From Pseudomonadota bacterium (GTDB lineage Bacteria > Pseudomonadota > Alphaproteobacteria > RF32 > CAG-239), in the NCBI GenBank assembly GCA_918234285.1, contig CAKJXZ020000024.1:1-64000 (forward strand): a stretch of DNA of 64,000 bases, read 5' to 3'. Positions 29,737-39,511 of this stretch are shown here, in pieces. Numbering within the stretch: position 1 is the first letter of the stretch; each line of letters begins with the position of its first letter. The position numbers and the translations under genes are program-made. A model generated the notes under the pieces. The model did no database searches. It was not told the DNA's origin and saw only the letters and a list, made by a program, of their open reading frames with translations.

Positions 29737-32256
29737 ATGTTTAGCAAAGCAAAGATTTGTAAGGTTGCATTATCAGCCTTGACTATATTGTTTTCTGCTA
29801 TAAACGTTGCCAATGCTTCGGAATTGGATTTGGTTATTCCGAATTTGGGTGACGCAACTTATAGCATTTTCGGTCATAGTACGATTTTCGGCTGTCCTAT
29901 TACCGGCAATTTGTTACTTTTGTGCGGTATGGGTATCTGTCTTTTGGGTATGATTTTCGGTTTGTGGGAATTTCTCAGCATTAAAAAAATGCCGGCCCAC
30001 GAAGTAATGCTCAAGGTATCGGAAACCATCTATGCCACCTGCACTACATATATGAAACAGCAAGCCAAACTGTTGTTTGTTTTGGAGCTGTTCATCGGTG
30101 CATGCATCGTTTATTATTTCGCAGGCTTAAACGCTACTCCGTTGCCGCAGGTTGTTATCATTCTGTTATGGTCAATCCTGGGTATTTTGGGTTCGTTTAC
30201 GGTAGCATGGTTCGGTATGCGTATCAATACTTATGCCAACTCTCGCACTTCCTTTGCCTCGCTCAAAGGTAATGCTTATCCGGTTATGCACTTACCGCTT
30301 CGTTCCGGTATGTCTATCGGTGTATTACTGATTTGCGTTGAATTAATTATGATGATGTTCATCTTGGTATTTGTTCCACGTGAAACCGCCGGTGCCTGCT
30401 TTATCGGTTTTGCCATCGGTGAATCTTTGGGTGCTTCGGCCTTGCGTATTTGCGGCGGTATTTTTACCAAAATTGCCGATATCGGTGCCGATTTGATGAA
30501 GATTATCTTCAAAATTGATGAAGACGATGCACGTAATCCGGGCGTTATTGCCGACTGCACCGGCGACAATGCCGGCGATTCCTGTGGTCCGACCGCCGAT
30601 GGTTTTGAAACCTACGGTGTTACCGGTGTTGCTTTAATCAGCTTTATTGTTTTGGCTGCCGGACACTTCTTTACGGCCGACGGTTCTTTGGCTGCCGACA
30701 TCAATGCTCAACAATTACAAGCTCGTTTGATTACTTGGATTTTCGTAATGCGCATTTTGATGATTATCACTTCGGTATTCTCTTATGCCATTAACGGTTT
30801 CTTCGCTAAATTGATTTACGGTAAGTCTAAGGAATTTGACTTTGAAAAGCCGTTGACCAGTCTGATTTGGATTACCTCGCTGATTTCTATTGCCGTAACT
30901 TTCGGCGCTTCTTACCTGATGTTGCCTAAATCTCAGTTCGGCCCGTACATTTGGTGGGAAATGTCGGTAATCATCAGCTGCGGTACTTTGGCTGCGGCGA
31001 TTATTCCGGAATTTACCAAAATCTTCACTTCTTCCAAGTCTAAGCACGTACAAGAAGTTGTGAATGCCAGCCGCGAAGCCGGTGCTTCGTTGAACATTCT
31101 GTCCGGTATCGTATCCGGTAACTTCTCCGGTTTCTGGCAAGGTGTGGTTATTGCCGGCTTAATGGCATTGGCTTATGCTACCGCCTCCGGTCATGTTGCC
31201 GAATTTTTCAGCAGCTGGCTCGGTTATGAGGTTTTGCCGCAAGCTCACATCGGCGCAATCATGATTTATCCGACGGTATTCGCCTTCGGTTTGGTTGCTT
31301 TCGGTATGCTCGGCATGGGCCCGGTAACAATTGCCGTAGACAGCTATGGTCCGGTTACCGACAATGCGCAATCCGTATTTGAATTATCGCAAATTGAAAG
31401 CATCAAAGGCATTAAGAAAGAAATCAAAAAAGAATACGATTTCGAGCCGGATTTTGAACATGGTAAACATTTGCTCGAAGCCAACGATTCGGCCGGTAAT
31501 ACCTTTAAAGCCACTTCCAAGCCGGTATTAATCGGTACGGCCGTAATCGGTGCTACCACCATGATTTTCTCAATCATTTTGCTGCTGAACTTACAACTGA
31601 ACTTGATTGATGCGCGCGTATTAATCGGTATGATTTTGGGTGGCGCCGTGATTTACTGGTTCTCCGGTGCGGCGATTCAAGCCGTTTCCACCGGTGCTTA
31701 TCGTGCGGTTAACTACATTAAAGAGCATATTAAGCTTGATACCAAGAAAGCTGCTTCGGTTGAAGATTCTAAGACGGTGGTGAAGATTTGCACGCAATAT
31801 GCACAAAAGGGTATGTTCAATATCTTTATCGTGATTTTCTCGTTTGCGATTGCGTTTGCTTTCTTCGGTCCGGAATTGTTCGCCAGCTATCTGGTTTCCA
31901 TCGCTATTTTCGGCTTGTATCAGGCACTGTACATGGCTAATGCCGGCGGTGCTTGGGATAACGCCAAAAAGGTAGTTGAAGTTGATTTGAACGAAAAAGG
32001 TACACCGTTACACGATGCTTCCGTTGTCGGCGATACGGTGGGCGATCCGTACAAAGATACGGCTTCGGTTGCCTTGAACCCGATTATTAAATTTACCACA
32101 CTGTTTGGTTTATTGGCTGCAGAAATGTCGGCAAAAGTATCGGAAGAAAATCCGAACCTTGCTTTCGGTATTGCCTGCACCTTCCTGGCCATCGGTTTGG
32201 TATTTGTATGGCGTTCATTCTACGCTATGCGCATTGAAGCCAAAAAAATGGATTAA
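29737..32256 (+). CDS. hppA: Membrane-bound ion-pumping pyrophosphatase (divergent subfamily)
   Basis: GGIFTKIADIGADL, EDDARNPGVIADCTGDNAGD, DSYGPVTDNA, GNTFKAT, GDTVGDPYKD; start at ATG 29737 after AAGGAAGG. Confidence 0.95.
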   Translation: MFSKAKICKVALSALTILFSAINVANASELDLVIPNLGDATYSIFGHSTIFGCPITGNLLLLCGMGICLLGMIFGLWEFLSIKKMPAHEVMLKVSETIYATCTTYMKQQAKLLFVLELFIGACIVYYFAGLNATPLPQVVIILLWSILGILGSFTVAWFGMRINTYANSRTSFASLKGNAYPVMHLPLRSGMSIGVLLICVELIMMMFILVFVPRETAGACFIGFAIGESLGASALRICGGIFTKIADIGADLMKIIFKIDEDDARNPGVIADCTGDNAGDSCGPTADGFETYGVTGVALISFIVLAAGHFFTADGSLAADINAQQLQARLITWIFVMRILMIITSVFSYAINGFFAKLIYGKSKEFDFEKPLTSLIWITSLISIAVTFGASYLMLPKSQFGPYIWWEMSVIISCGTLAAAIIPEFTKIFTSSKSKHVQEVVNASREAGASLNILSGIVSGNFSGFWQGVVIAGLMALAYATASGHVAEFFSSWLGYEVLPQAHIGAIMIYPTVFAFGLVAFGMLGMGPVTIAVDSYGPVTDNAQSVFELSQIESIKGIKKEIKKEYDFEPDFEHGKHLLEANDSAGNTFKATSKPVLIGTAVIGATTMIFSIILLLNLQLNLIDARVLIGMILGGAVIYWFSGAAIQAVSTGAYRAVNYIKEHIKLDTKKAASVEDSKTVVKICTQYAQKGMFNIFIVIFSFAIAFAFFGPELFASYLVSIAIFGLYQALYMANAGGAWDNAKKVVEVDLNEKGTPLHDASVVGDTVGDPYKDTASVALNPIIKFTTLFGLLAAEMSAKVSEENPNLAFGIACTFLAIGLVFVWRSFYAMRIEAKKMD
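30372..30387. promoter_or_regulatory. parS-like site inside hppA
   Basis: TGTTCCACGTGAAACC; one mismatch to TGTTNCACGTGAAACA. Confidence 0.7.
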
Positions 32257-32284
32257 GTCGTTGACTAATTCGTTTTAGTTTGTT

Positions 32285-32322
32285 AGAACGGCGGCATTAT
32301 TACGATGTCGTCGTTCTTTTTT
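32285..32322 (+). terminator. Rho-independent terminator after hppA
   Basis: agaacggcggcat/atgtcgtcgttct stem plus T-run. Confidence 0.75.
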
Positions 32323-32338
32323 ATAAGGAGAGTTTGTT

Positions 32339-32971
32339 ATGCTTAATTCTGTGTTTGAATTTATAAAAACCTTTAACATAACGCAATTTACCGGTGCGTT
32401 TATTGTTTTGTTTGCCATTATCGATATTATCGGCACTTTGCCGATTGTGATGAATTTGCAACGCAACGGCCGCATTGTCAGCGCCCCTCGCGCCAGTATC
32501 ATATCGTTTGTTTTATTTGTCGGGTTTATGTATATGGGGGAAGCCTTTTTGGGGTTGTTCAGCCTTGATTTATCTTCATTTGCGGTTGCTGGTTCTATAA
32601 TCATTTTTGTTATTGCTATGGAGATGGTGCTCGATTTGGAGATTTTCCGCTCCAATAATGCTACCGGAAACGATGCTACTTTTACGCCGGTGGTGTTTCC
32701 GCTGATAGCCGGTGCCGGTTCGTTTACCACTTTGCTTTCGATTCGTTCGCAGTATTCCGACTTCAATATTTTGTTGGCGGTGTTGGCAAACGTCATCATT
32801 GTTTATTTTGCTCTTAAGTCTTCTAAAAAACTGGAGAAAATATTGTCTCCGGGTGTTATATGTATCTTCCAGAAGGCATTCGGGATTATTTTATTGTCAA
32901 TCTCGGTAAAGCTGTTTACTTCCAATTTGACCATGATTGTCGGCAGTATTTCGCATAATTGCGGCGGATAA
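32339..32971 (+). CDS. MarC-family membrane protein
   Basis: LFAIIDIIG, SFAVAGS, PVVFPLIAGAG; about 6 TMs. Confidence 0.9.
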   Translation: MLNSVFEFIKTFNITQFTGAFIVLFAIIDIIGTLPIVMNLQRNGRIVSAPRASIISFVLFVGFMYMGEAFLGLFSLDLSSFAVAGSIIIFVIAMEMVLDLEIFRSNNATGNDATFTPVVFPLIAGAGSFTTLLSIRSQYSDFNILLAVLANVIIVYFALKSSKKLEKILSPGVICIFQKAFGIILLSISVKLFTSNLTMIVGSISHNCGG

Positions 32972-32985
32972 TATTTGAATAAAAG

Positions 32986-33013
32986 AAAAGCCTCGCTTAT
33001 CGGCGGGGCTTTT
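32986..33013. terminator. Bidirectional terminator between marC-like gene and virD4
   Basis: aaaagcctcgc/gcggggctttt. Confidence 0.8.
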
Positions 33014-33032
33014 ATCATAAATAAAGCGGTTT

Positions 33033-35246
33033 TTAGGCTTGTGGAGCATCCATTTCGAAACCTTCGCTGTCATCCTCCTCGGCGTTGTATTCAATGCCCA
33101 GTTTGGCCAACATATCGTCATTGATGTCTTCACGCTGTGCCACCACCCAATCCGGAACGTTAGCGCAAGGCGGAAGTTTTGCTAACTTGGTCATTCCCTT
33201 ATCCAAATACCAACGAGGCGAGTCGGCAATAATCGGACGGTCGATGTGGCTTTGCATCAATACCACTTGCTTTAACATCGGCAAACTCAGTAGTTGGGTC
33301 GAACTGATAACCGGAATACCCTGCAGTTGGTAGTTAACGTTTTTAGCCAGCGGGTTAAAGTCTTTACCCAAAGAACCTTCCGTACGTGAGAACGAAGAAA
33401 TACGTACCGTTTTGTTACCAATCATCTTGGAGAAACGTTGCGCCGTAACCTCGTTGTTTTGGGACAGAATAACTTTACAGGCGGTAGTGGAAATCACCGT
33501 TTCCAAGTCATCCTTACCGTATTTACCGGAAATTTGGCCCAAATCTTGTCCGATAAGTAAATACGACACCTTCTGACCACGACCTACGGCCGGTCCGTCA
33601 ATAATAGCTTTCATCTTAGGCATTTGCGGAAACTCGTCGAGCACGAACAGAGCAGGGAAAGGCCCCATCTTGCCGTCGGTACGGTTGACGTGATTCGGCG
33701 GGTTAGAAATCAGATAAGAACTCATCAACTCAATAAAGGTGGAGCTGATAACGCCCAACGCACGCGCATCAACCTGGTTAACCGACAAATAAACCGAAAT
33801 CGGTTTCCATTCACCGGTAATCGGGTCTTTCATACCGCGCAAATCCTTAAACTGCAAATCGGAAAAACTGGTACGTGCTTTAACCGCCTGGTTCTTAAAT
33901 ATGTTAATACCGGCAAATGCGGTAGAAAGAATGGAACCGCGCTCCTTATCCGGGGTGTTACTCAAGGTACTTAACTCGGTAACGCAACGCTGGGCATATC
34001 CGTAATTACGTGCTTCTTTAATAGCTTCTTCCAACATATCGTGGGTCGGATCGGCCATCGCCGCCATCTGATCGCCTTCATCCAAACGACGCTGAATTTC
34101 TTGAGCGGCATTGATTTGCGCTTCGGTAATCCATTCCATAATCATGGCAATACAAGCTTCACGCCCCATCCATCGTGCCGGCAACAAGTTCCAAGTGCCG
34201 ATAGGCAGGTAGTTTTCCATGGTTAAAGTGCCGTTCTTGAGGTTTTGAATAGCGCGCGGCGCACCCGGATCACGCATATCTTGATAATAACCCTCCAGAA
34301 CTTCCTTATCTTTTTCATCAAGCTTGCCTTCATAAATGCGGCCGATGAAATAGTCATTGGCACGGGCGCGGTCACATTTGGAAACCACAAATTGAATAAA
34401 CCCGGTTAATGCGGCACGTCCGGTTTGTGACCAGTGCGGGTCGGCACCGCCTTTAGGGTCTTCCACCAAAATATTGCACATGGAGTCAACGTACATGTCG
34501 CGGTCCGGACCTTGTTCCGGAATACAGTTCGGTGACAACGGGTTCCAACTCGGGTAATAAATACCTTCGCTCGGGTTATCTTCCGCACCCCAGTTAATAA
34601 TGAATACCGGCCCTACTTTAGCGCGTGCACCGGAAGTCTTATAACAAAGCTCCGGTTTCGGGTCATTAATCACCAAACTCAGACCATCGGAGTGGAAAAT
34701 CGTCGGCATCACCACGCCCACGGTTTTACCGGTACCAGGAGGTGCGCAGCACAGGGTTGCCAGTGTTTCTTTCAAGAGCAAAAACTTGCCGTCGAATTTT
34801 CCGACCACTTGGCAGAAGCCGTCAAAACCTAAAAGAGGCATATGTTTAATGTCGCGCAAGTCGGCAATTTTGGCCTGACCTTGATAGTTGACTTGGAATT
34901 TATACGGACTGAAAATAGCACTGATGATAATACCGAGCGGTATGGTGATAAACGGTAATATCGGAATCCACAAACTCAAAGAAAACGGTCCGCGGTGATT
35001 CCATAACTGTTTCCACCATTTGCCGTACATGGTAAATAAATGGTCAGGATGTTGCCATACCAGTGATAAAAACTTTTGTACCACGGTAGTTGATGATTTA
35101 GATACACCATGTCCGACAATGTATGATAACGGCAGACTGAAGACAAATAAAATGGCGCTCAATACAATGCAGATAAGCAGTGTAATCAACATCCATTTGA
35201 CGGCTTTGTCATATTCTTTCCATTCCTCGCCACGATCATTTGCCAT
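33033..35246 (-). CDS. virD4: Type IV secretion coupling protein (VirD4/TraG family)
   Basis: Two N-terminal TMs; Walker A APPGTGKT; NDPKPEL; WNPL; Walker B FVLDEFP; IGQDLGQI..KYG; acidic C-terminal tail. Confidence 0.92.
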   Translation of the reverse strand: MANDRGEEWKEYDKAVKWMLITLLICIVLSAILFVFSLPLSYIVGHGVSKSSTTVVQKFLSLVWQHPDHLFTMYGKWWKQLWNHRGPFSLSLWIPILPFITIPLGIIISAIFSPYKFQVNYQGQAKIADLRDIKHMPLLGFDGFCQVVGKFDGKFLLLKETLATLCCAPPGTGKTVGVVMPTIFHSDGLSLVINDPKPELCYKTSGARAKVGPVFIINWGAEDNPSEGIYYPSWNPLSPNCIPEQGPDRDMYVDSMCNILVEDPKGGADPHWSQTGRAALTGFIQFVVSKCDRARANDYFIGRIYEGKLDEKDKEVLEGYYQDMRDPGAPRAIQNLKNGTLTMENYLPIGTWNLLPARWMGREACIAMIMEWITEAQINAAQEIQRRLDEGDQMAAMADPTHDMLEEAIKEARNYGYAQRCVTELSTLSNTPDKERGSILSTAFAGINIFKNQAVKARTSFSDLQFKDLRGMKDPITGEWKPISVYLSVNQVDARALGVISSTFIELMSSYLISNPPNHVNRTDGKMGPFPALFVLDEFPQMPKMKAIIDGPAVGRGQKVSYLLIGQDLGQISGKYGKDDLETVISTTACKVILSQNNEVTAQRFSKMIGNKTVRISSFSRTEGSLGKDFNPLAKNVNYQLQGIPVISSTQLLSLPMLKQVVLMQSHIDRPIIADSPRWYLDKGMTKLAKLPPCANVPDWVVAQREDINDDMLAKLGIEYNAEEDDSEGFEMDAPQA

Positions 35247-35264
35247 TTTATATCACCTCATAAG

Positions 35265-36767
35265 TTATTTTATGCTTTTTAATAATTTACGTAAGTTATC
35301 CAATTCTTTTTTAGAAACCCTACCGTCAGCTTCGTTTAAGAGTTTAGAGAACAGTTTGATTTCTTTCGGCGCACCCCGATTAATACGTGTGACCTCTATT
35401 CCCATTTCGTTCCAGATTTCGAACATATCATCGGCATTGATGATGTTGGCCATCTGAATAACCACACACGAAGTTATTTTTTGCTCGAATCCGCCGTCGT
35501 CCAATGCACTTTCAATTTGCTTCTTGACGTTGTTTAGTTTGCATACCGGAGAAACGCGGTGGCTGCTTTCTGAGAACCACAGCGGTTCTTCGCCGTTGAA
35601 CATTTCTTCATCGGCAAGCCAATCTCCGCTTTCTTTATCAACCAGGCACAAATAAATATCATTTTCCGAAACGCCGACAAAGTCGATAACGGTGTTATTG
35701 ACCGTAACATTACTGATAATCTCATAATTCTTCTGCGCCAAGGCATCATATACAGGTCCCTGAGATACATCAGCCGATTTGCTCTCACTGGTTTTGCCGC
35801 GGCGATTACTTTCTCCATCATCCTCGGTATTGCGTTGCGAGCGGGTGCTGCGTTTTGGAGTATCTTCGGATTTACGGCTTGTTCTACGGCTTTCTTTCTC
35901 CTTACTTTCACGACGGTTCGACGCCGATTTTTCAAATTTGGCTTCAGCCTCATCATCATCGTCATCGTCATCATCATCAAAATCATATTTCGGTTTCGCC
36001 CGTTTAGAACGCGTGAACTCCTCATCGTCATCATCTATCGGGCGTTTTTTAGCTTTACTTTCTCCGGACTTCTTCTTATTGATATCCGCTTTTTCAAACG
36101 AATCTATATCCAAATCGAAATCATCATCATCGTCATCGTCAAATTTAAACAAAGCATGATCGATTGTGGCTGCAACATCAGTTTTCTTCTTAACCGGTGC
36201 CGGAGCCGGAGTTGCAACGGCCGCCGGAGCAGAATACGGTGAAGAATAAGATGACACGGTAGATGTGGTCAACGGAGCGGATGTGGTCGAACTGCCGTAA
36301 TCGGAAATCGGTACGCGCAGAGTGTTAATTCCCGTCGGACGAATCAGTTTATAAGACTTGCGTTTAACCACACCGTAACGATTGTTTGTAGTAATTGCGG
36401 TCGGAGCGGATTTACTGATATATTTGGTATAAAGGGTATATGGAAGTTTCAATATGTTCCAAATAATTTCTTCCCAGGCAACCATACATAAAGTCCACCA
36501 ACCGGTAATTAACATCGGGAAGAAAACGATAATCAGCATAATAAAGGCCCACTCTTTCGGCGCTCGCGGAAACCAACCTGCTCTCCAGGCGGTTGCAAAT
36601 TGATGCCAGTGATCAGGCCAAAAAATATCAAAATGCCAGTTGCACAGCATGATTACACGGATGCCTTCGGTAAAAACAATACCCCATAGGCAACCGACAA
36701 TCAAAATTCTAAGAAATACCAATACCGATTTCAACCGTGCACTCCGTAATTCTATAAACGTACCCAC
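35265..36767 (-). CDS. Hypothetical membrane protein: N-terminal TMs, acidic disordered linker, C-terminal nuclease-fold-like domain
   Basis: TM pair; poly-D tracts; C-terminal IDFVGV...LCLVDK resembles a degenerate PD-(D/E)xK/NERD pattern (inference). Confidence 0.75.
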   Translation of the reverse strand: MGTFIELRSARLKSVLVFLRILIVGCLWGIVFTEGIRVIMLCNWHFDIFWPDHWHQFATAWRAGWFPRAPKEWAFIMLIIVFFPMLITGWWTLCMVAWEEIIWNILKLPYTLYTKYISKSAPTAITTNNRYGVVKRKSYKLIRPTGINTLRVPISDYGSSTTSAPLTTSTVSSYSSPYSAPAAVATPAPAPVKKKTDVAATIDHALFKFDDDDDDDFDLDIDSFEKADINKKKSGESKAKKRPIDDDDEEFTRSKRAKPKYDFDDDDDDDDDEAEAKFEKSASNRRESKEKESRRTSRKSEDTPKRSTRSQRNTEDDGESNRRGKTSESKSADVSQGPVYDALAQKNYEIISNVTVNNTVIDFVGVSENDIYLCLVDKESGDWLADEEMFNGEEPLWFSESSHRVSPVCKLNNVKKQIESALDDGGFEQKITSCVVIQMANIINADDMFEIWNEMGIEVTRINRGAPKEIKLFSKLLNEADGRVSKKELDNLRKLLKSIK

Positions 36768-36810
36768 AATATTAATAACATGTAAATGTTAAAAAAGTGA
36801 ATATATTTTT

Positions 36811-37287
36811 TTATTTTTCAGACTTTTGTATTTTTTCAATAATTTCTTTTCTAAAATCAGTTGAACCGCTGGTTTGGTTTTTCTTTTTCTCCAAATCAAG
36901 CCGTTCTTTAATAAACTGATCTAAGGTTTTTTTCTCTTCAATCTTTAAGTTTTTGATGTTTACATCCGGAGCGACATAGTTGTCGAATCCGCTGTTAAAT
37001 ATCTTATTCAGCGGCACCGTCAGCAGTTTCATATACTTAAAGTGATAAAGACGGTACAACCCGTAAAAACAAAGCGGTACCAATAGGATAATTGTCATAA
37101 TAAAAATTAAATCATGTCCGTGAAGGACATAGCCTTGATTCCAAAAAAGAGCCAGTTTTTGATAAAATATCAGCGGGGTGGTGTGATACATCAGCATAAT
37201 GGCTGATGATACCAAAACGGCCAACAAAGCAATCCACAAGCATGAAGCAACAATCACGCAAATGCAATGGAAAAATTTTTTAATCAT
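36811..37287 (-). CDS. Hypothetical membrane protein resembling the N-terminus of 35265..36767
   Basis: Two TMs; W..G / FIM.II...P pattern shared. Confidence 0.75.
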   Translation of the reverse strand: MIKKFFHCICVIVASCLWIALLAVLVSSAIMLMYHTTPLIFYQKLALFWNQGYVLHGHDLIFIMTIILLVPLCFYGLYRLYHFKYMKLLTVPLNKIFNSGFDNYVAPDVNIKNLKIEEKKTLDQFIKERLDLEKKKNQTSGSTDFRKEIIEKIQKSEK

Positions 37288-39431
37288 TCACGCGGCCCCT
37301 GATTTTTCTGGATTCTTGTCTGTTTTGTCTGGTATTTACCTTCAATGCGCCGTTTAAAGTCTTTTACTTTAACCTTCCGTTGAGCGTTTTTACTTCTATC
37401 GGCCTCATTTTGTGCTTTTTTGGCACCTATATCGTCTTCCCATGTCTGTTGTTTTTTCTCCCCGGTCTGCTCGGCGTGAGCTGCTTTCACTATATCCATA
37501 GGTTCGGTGTTGCCTTTTTTACGGGTTTCGGTAGGTTGCACATCATCGTCCGGCGAGCGATATTTGTTATAAATCTTATCAAATTCGGCGGACTTGATGC
37601 GAATTTCCTGTTCCAACAGATTTTTCTGGGTAGCATCCGTCGCGACATGACGTTCACACAATTGTTGCGTCAAATCGCCGCCGGCATGACACATTTTCTC
37701 AAAATATCCCTTCATCTCGACAGCGGCATTTTCTGCAACTACCTTCAACTGTTCCTTAGAAAGTTCGGCATCCGGCCGCAAATTGTTGTTATGCTTGAAC
37801 TTAGTTTCTTCTTCGCGAAGAATATGCGCGGCAGTTTCCGTCATATCCTTGAACTTAATCAACGTGTCTTTACGAATCTTTTCTGCGGCTGCGGCATTGC
37901 CGTCCAAATCTTTGCCCGGATGTTTCCGAATATAGTCGATGGTGGCTAAAGCCGCACACATTCTGATTTTATCTTTGGAGAAAAGCTCGGATAAAATTTT
38001 CGGGTTCTTCATCAAAGTTGCCAAATTGCCGCGGAACAGGGCTTTATTGGCAAAAAACGATTTATTCAGACTTGCCGCAAATTCCGAATGATTATGCGGA
38101 TTAAATCCGTCGACCGCTGTCCACAAGTGCAGACCTTTGCCGACATTGTTTTGAATGCACTCAAGAACGGCTTTAAGTGTTTTGGTATCTTTCATAACCT
38201 TGCTGAATTCGTTGAGATGATTATCTCTGGCCATATCAATCATTCGGGCCATTTGCTTGTTGAATTTCATGGCTTCCGGACTGAATTCAAAACCGTTACG
38301 TCCGCCGGTTGTCGGGCCGGTAGGAGTCTGTTGTGCTCCGTTTGCCGGATTGCGTGTCGCTACCGCAGAACGTACCGGCGCTTTACCGGAATCCCCACAC
38401 AGATAGTCGATGGCGCCGTCAAGGCCTTGAAAAGCCTTCTTCAAGGTCCAGTTAATCAAGCCCAAAAACCATACGTTATAAAGATATTTGATTAAATCCT
38501 GTTCGGATACCGGCTTAAAGTCAAAGGATGATTTGCCGTGTTTGGAATCTCTTTGCTGTTTTTCCAACTGCGCCGGCTTTTCCTCCGTTTCGTCATCCGT
38601 CTTTTGCGGCGGCGGAGGAGTATTGGTTGAAACATTCAGATTATCCGGTTGCGCCGAAAACGTAAGCGTATCTGAATTTTCCGGCATTCCGCCGAAGCGA
38701 ACCGGTTCTCCCGCCGGAGTATTTTCTGTTTGTGTGCGTGCCGGTTCGGCCTGATGCTGAGCGGCATAACGCTCTGCTTTTTCAAGGCCGTCCTTCATCA
38801 TAAACGATTTCTTTGCCAAATCACTGTATTTAAAATTCCTGCCGGTATGGTCATCTTCTTTATTAAATGCTTCATACAACAATTCTCCGTCAAGTTTGCC
38901 GAGAGTATTTTGAATTTCCGCGGCTGCTTCGGAGTTTTTATATAATTTTTCGCGTAATTTGGTTAAATCGTCGCGCAAGTCGTCGCTGATACCTTCTTCC
39001 TGCAATTTTTTATCAAATCTGGCATCTTTAAACTCTATGGCATAAGTGTTTAATGCCACTTCGGCCAACAGGGTTTTGCCGTAGCGATAGCTGATTTCGC
39101 CGTTTTCGTCTTTTTGCTCAATCCGTTGCGGTTCGGTTAAAAAGGCCAGCATATCTTCTTTGCTGATTGCCCCTTGAGCATATAAATCTTGCATAACGTG
39201 CAGAGTATGGTTGATTTTATCCAAGTTTTTAAAACCAAGTTTTTCGGCATCTTTTTTGCCGCGCGGAGTCGGTTTCGGAAATATCGCCGCTTGAAACATC
39301 GCTTTTTGCGAATCGGTAAGTTGCGAAAAGCCGAATTTTTCGATGCCGGCTCTGATTTTGTCAGGATCCGGCGATGATTTTTTTAATTCGCTGCAGAAAG
39401 CTTTAAAATCCGCATCATTAGTATCAGCCAT
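37284..39431 (-). CDS. Hypothetical helical protein with basic C-terminal tail
   Basis: Long ORF; start at ATG 39431 after GGAG; stop overlaps the next start (ATGA). Confidence 0.8.
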   Translation of the reverse strand: MADTNDADFKAFCSELKKSSPDPDKIRAGIEKFGFSQLTDSQKAMFQAAIFPKPTPRGKKDAEKLGFKNLDKINHTLHVMQDLYAQGAISKEDMLAFLTEPQRIEQKDENGEISYRYGKTLLAEVALNTYAIEFKDARFDKKLQEEGISDDLRDDLTKLREKLYKNSEAAAEIQNTLGKLDGELLYEAFNKEDDHTGRNFKYSDLAKKSFMMKDGLEKAERYAAQHQAEPARTQTENTPAGEPVRFGGMPENSDTLTFSAQPDNLNVSTNTPPPPQKTDDETEEKPAQLEKQQRDSKHGKSSFDFKPVSEQDLIKYLYNVWFLGLINWTLKKAFQGLDGAIDYLCGDSGKAPVRSAVATRNPANGAQQTPTGPTTGGRNGFEFSPEAMKFNKQMARMIDMARDNHLNEFSKVMKDTKTLKAVLECIQNNVGKGLHLWTAVDGFNPHNHSEFAASLNKSFFANKALFRGNLATLMKNPKILSELFSKDKIRMCAALATIDYIRKHPGKDLDGNAAAAEKIRKDTLIKFKDMTETAAHILREEETKFKHNNNLRPDAELSKEQLKVVAENAAVEMKGYFEKMCHAGGDLTQQLCERHVATDATQKNLLEQEIRIKSAEFDKIYNKYRSPDDDVQPTETRKKGNTEPMDIVKAAHAEQTGEKKQQTWEDDIGAKKAQNEADRSKNAQRKVKVKDFKRRIEGKYQTKQTRIQKNQGPRE

Positions 39432-39511
39432 CAGAATATCTCCCATAAAGCAATTCCATTTAACATGATAATATCATAAAAAAACATTTTTGTCCACATT
39501 TATTTTTTTGC

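Noticed and set aside
35948-36141. (TCA/TCG)n trinucleotide runs as contingency loci
   Set aside because: Imperfect in-frame poly-Asp coding tracts; they cannot phase-shift the frame
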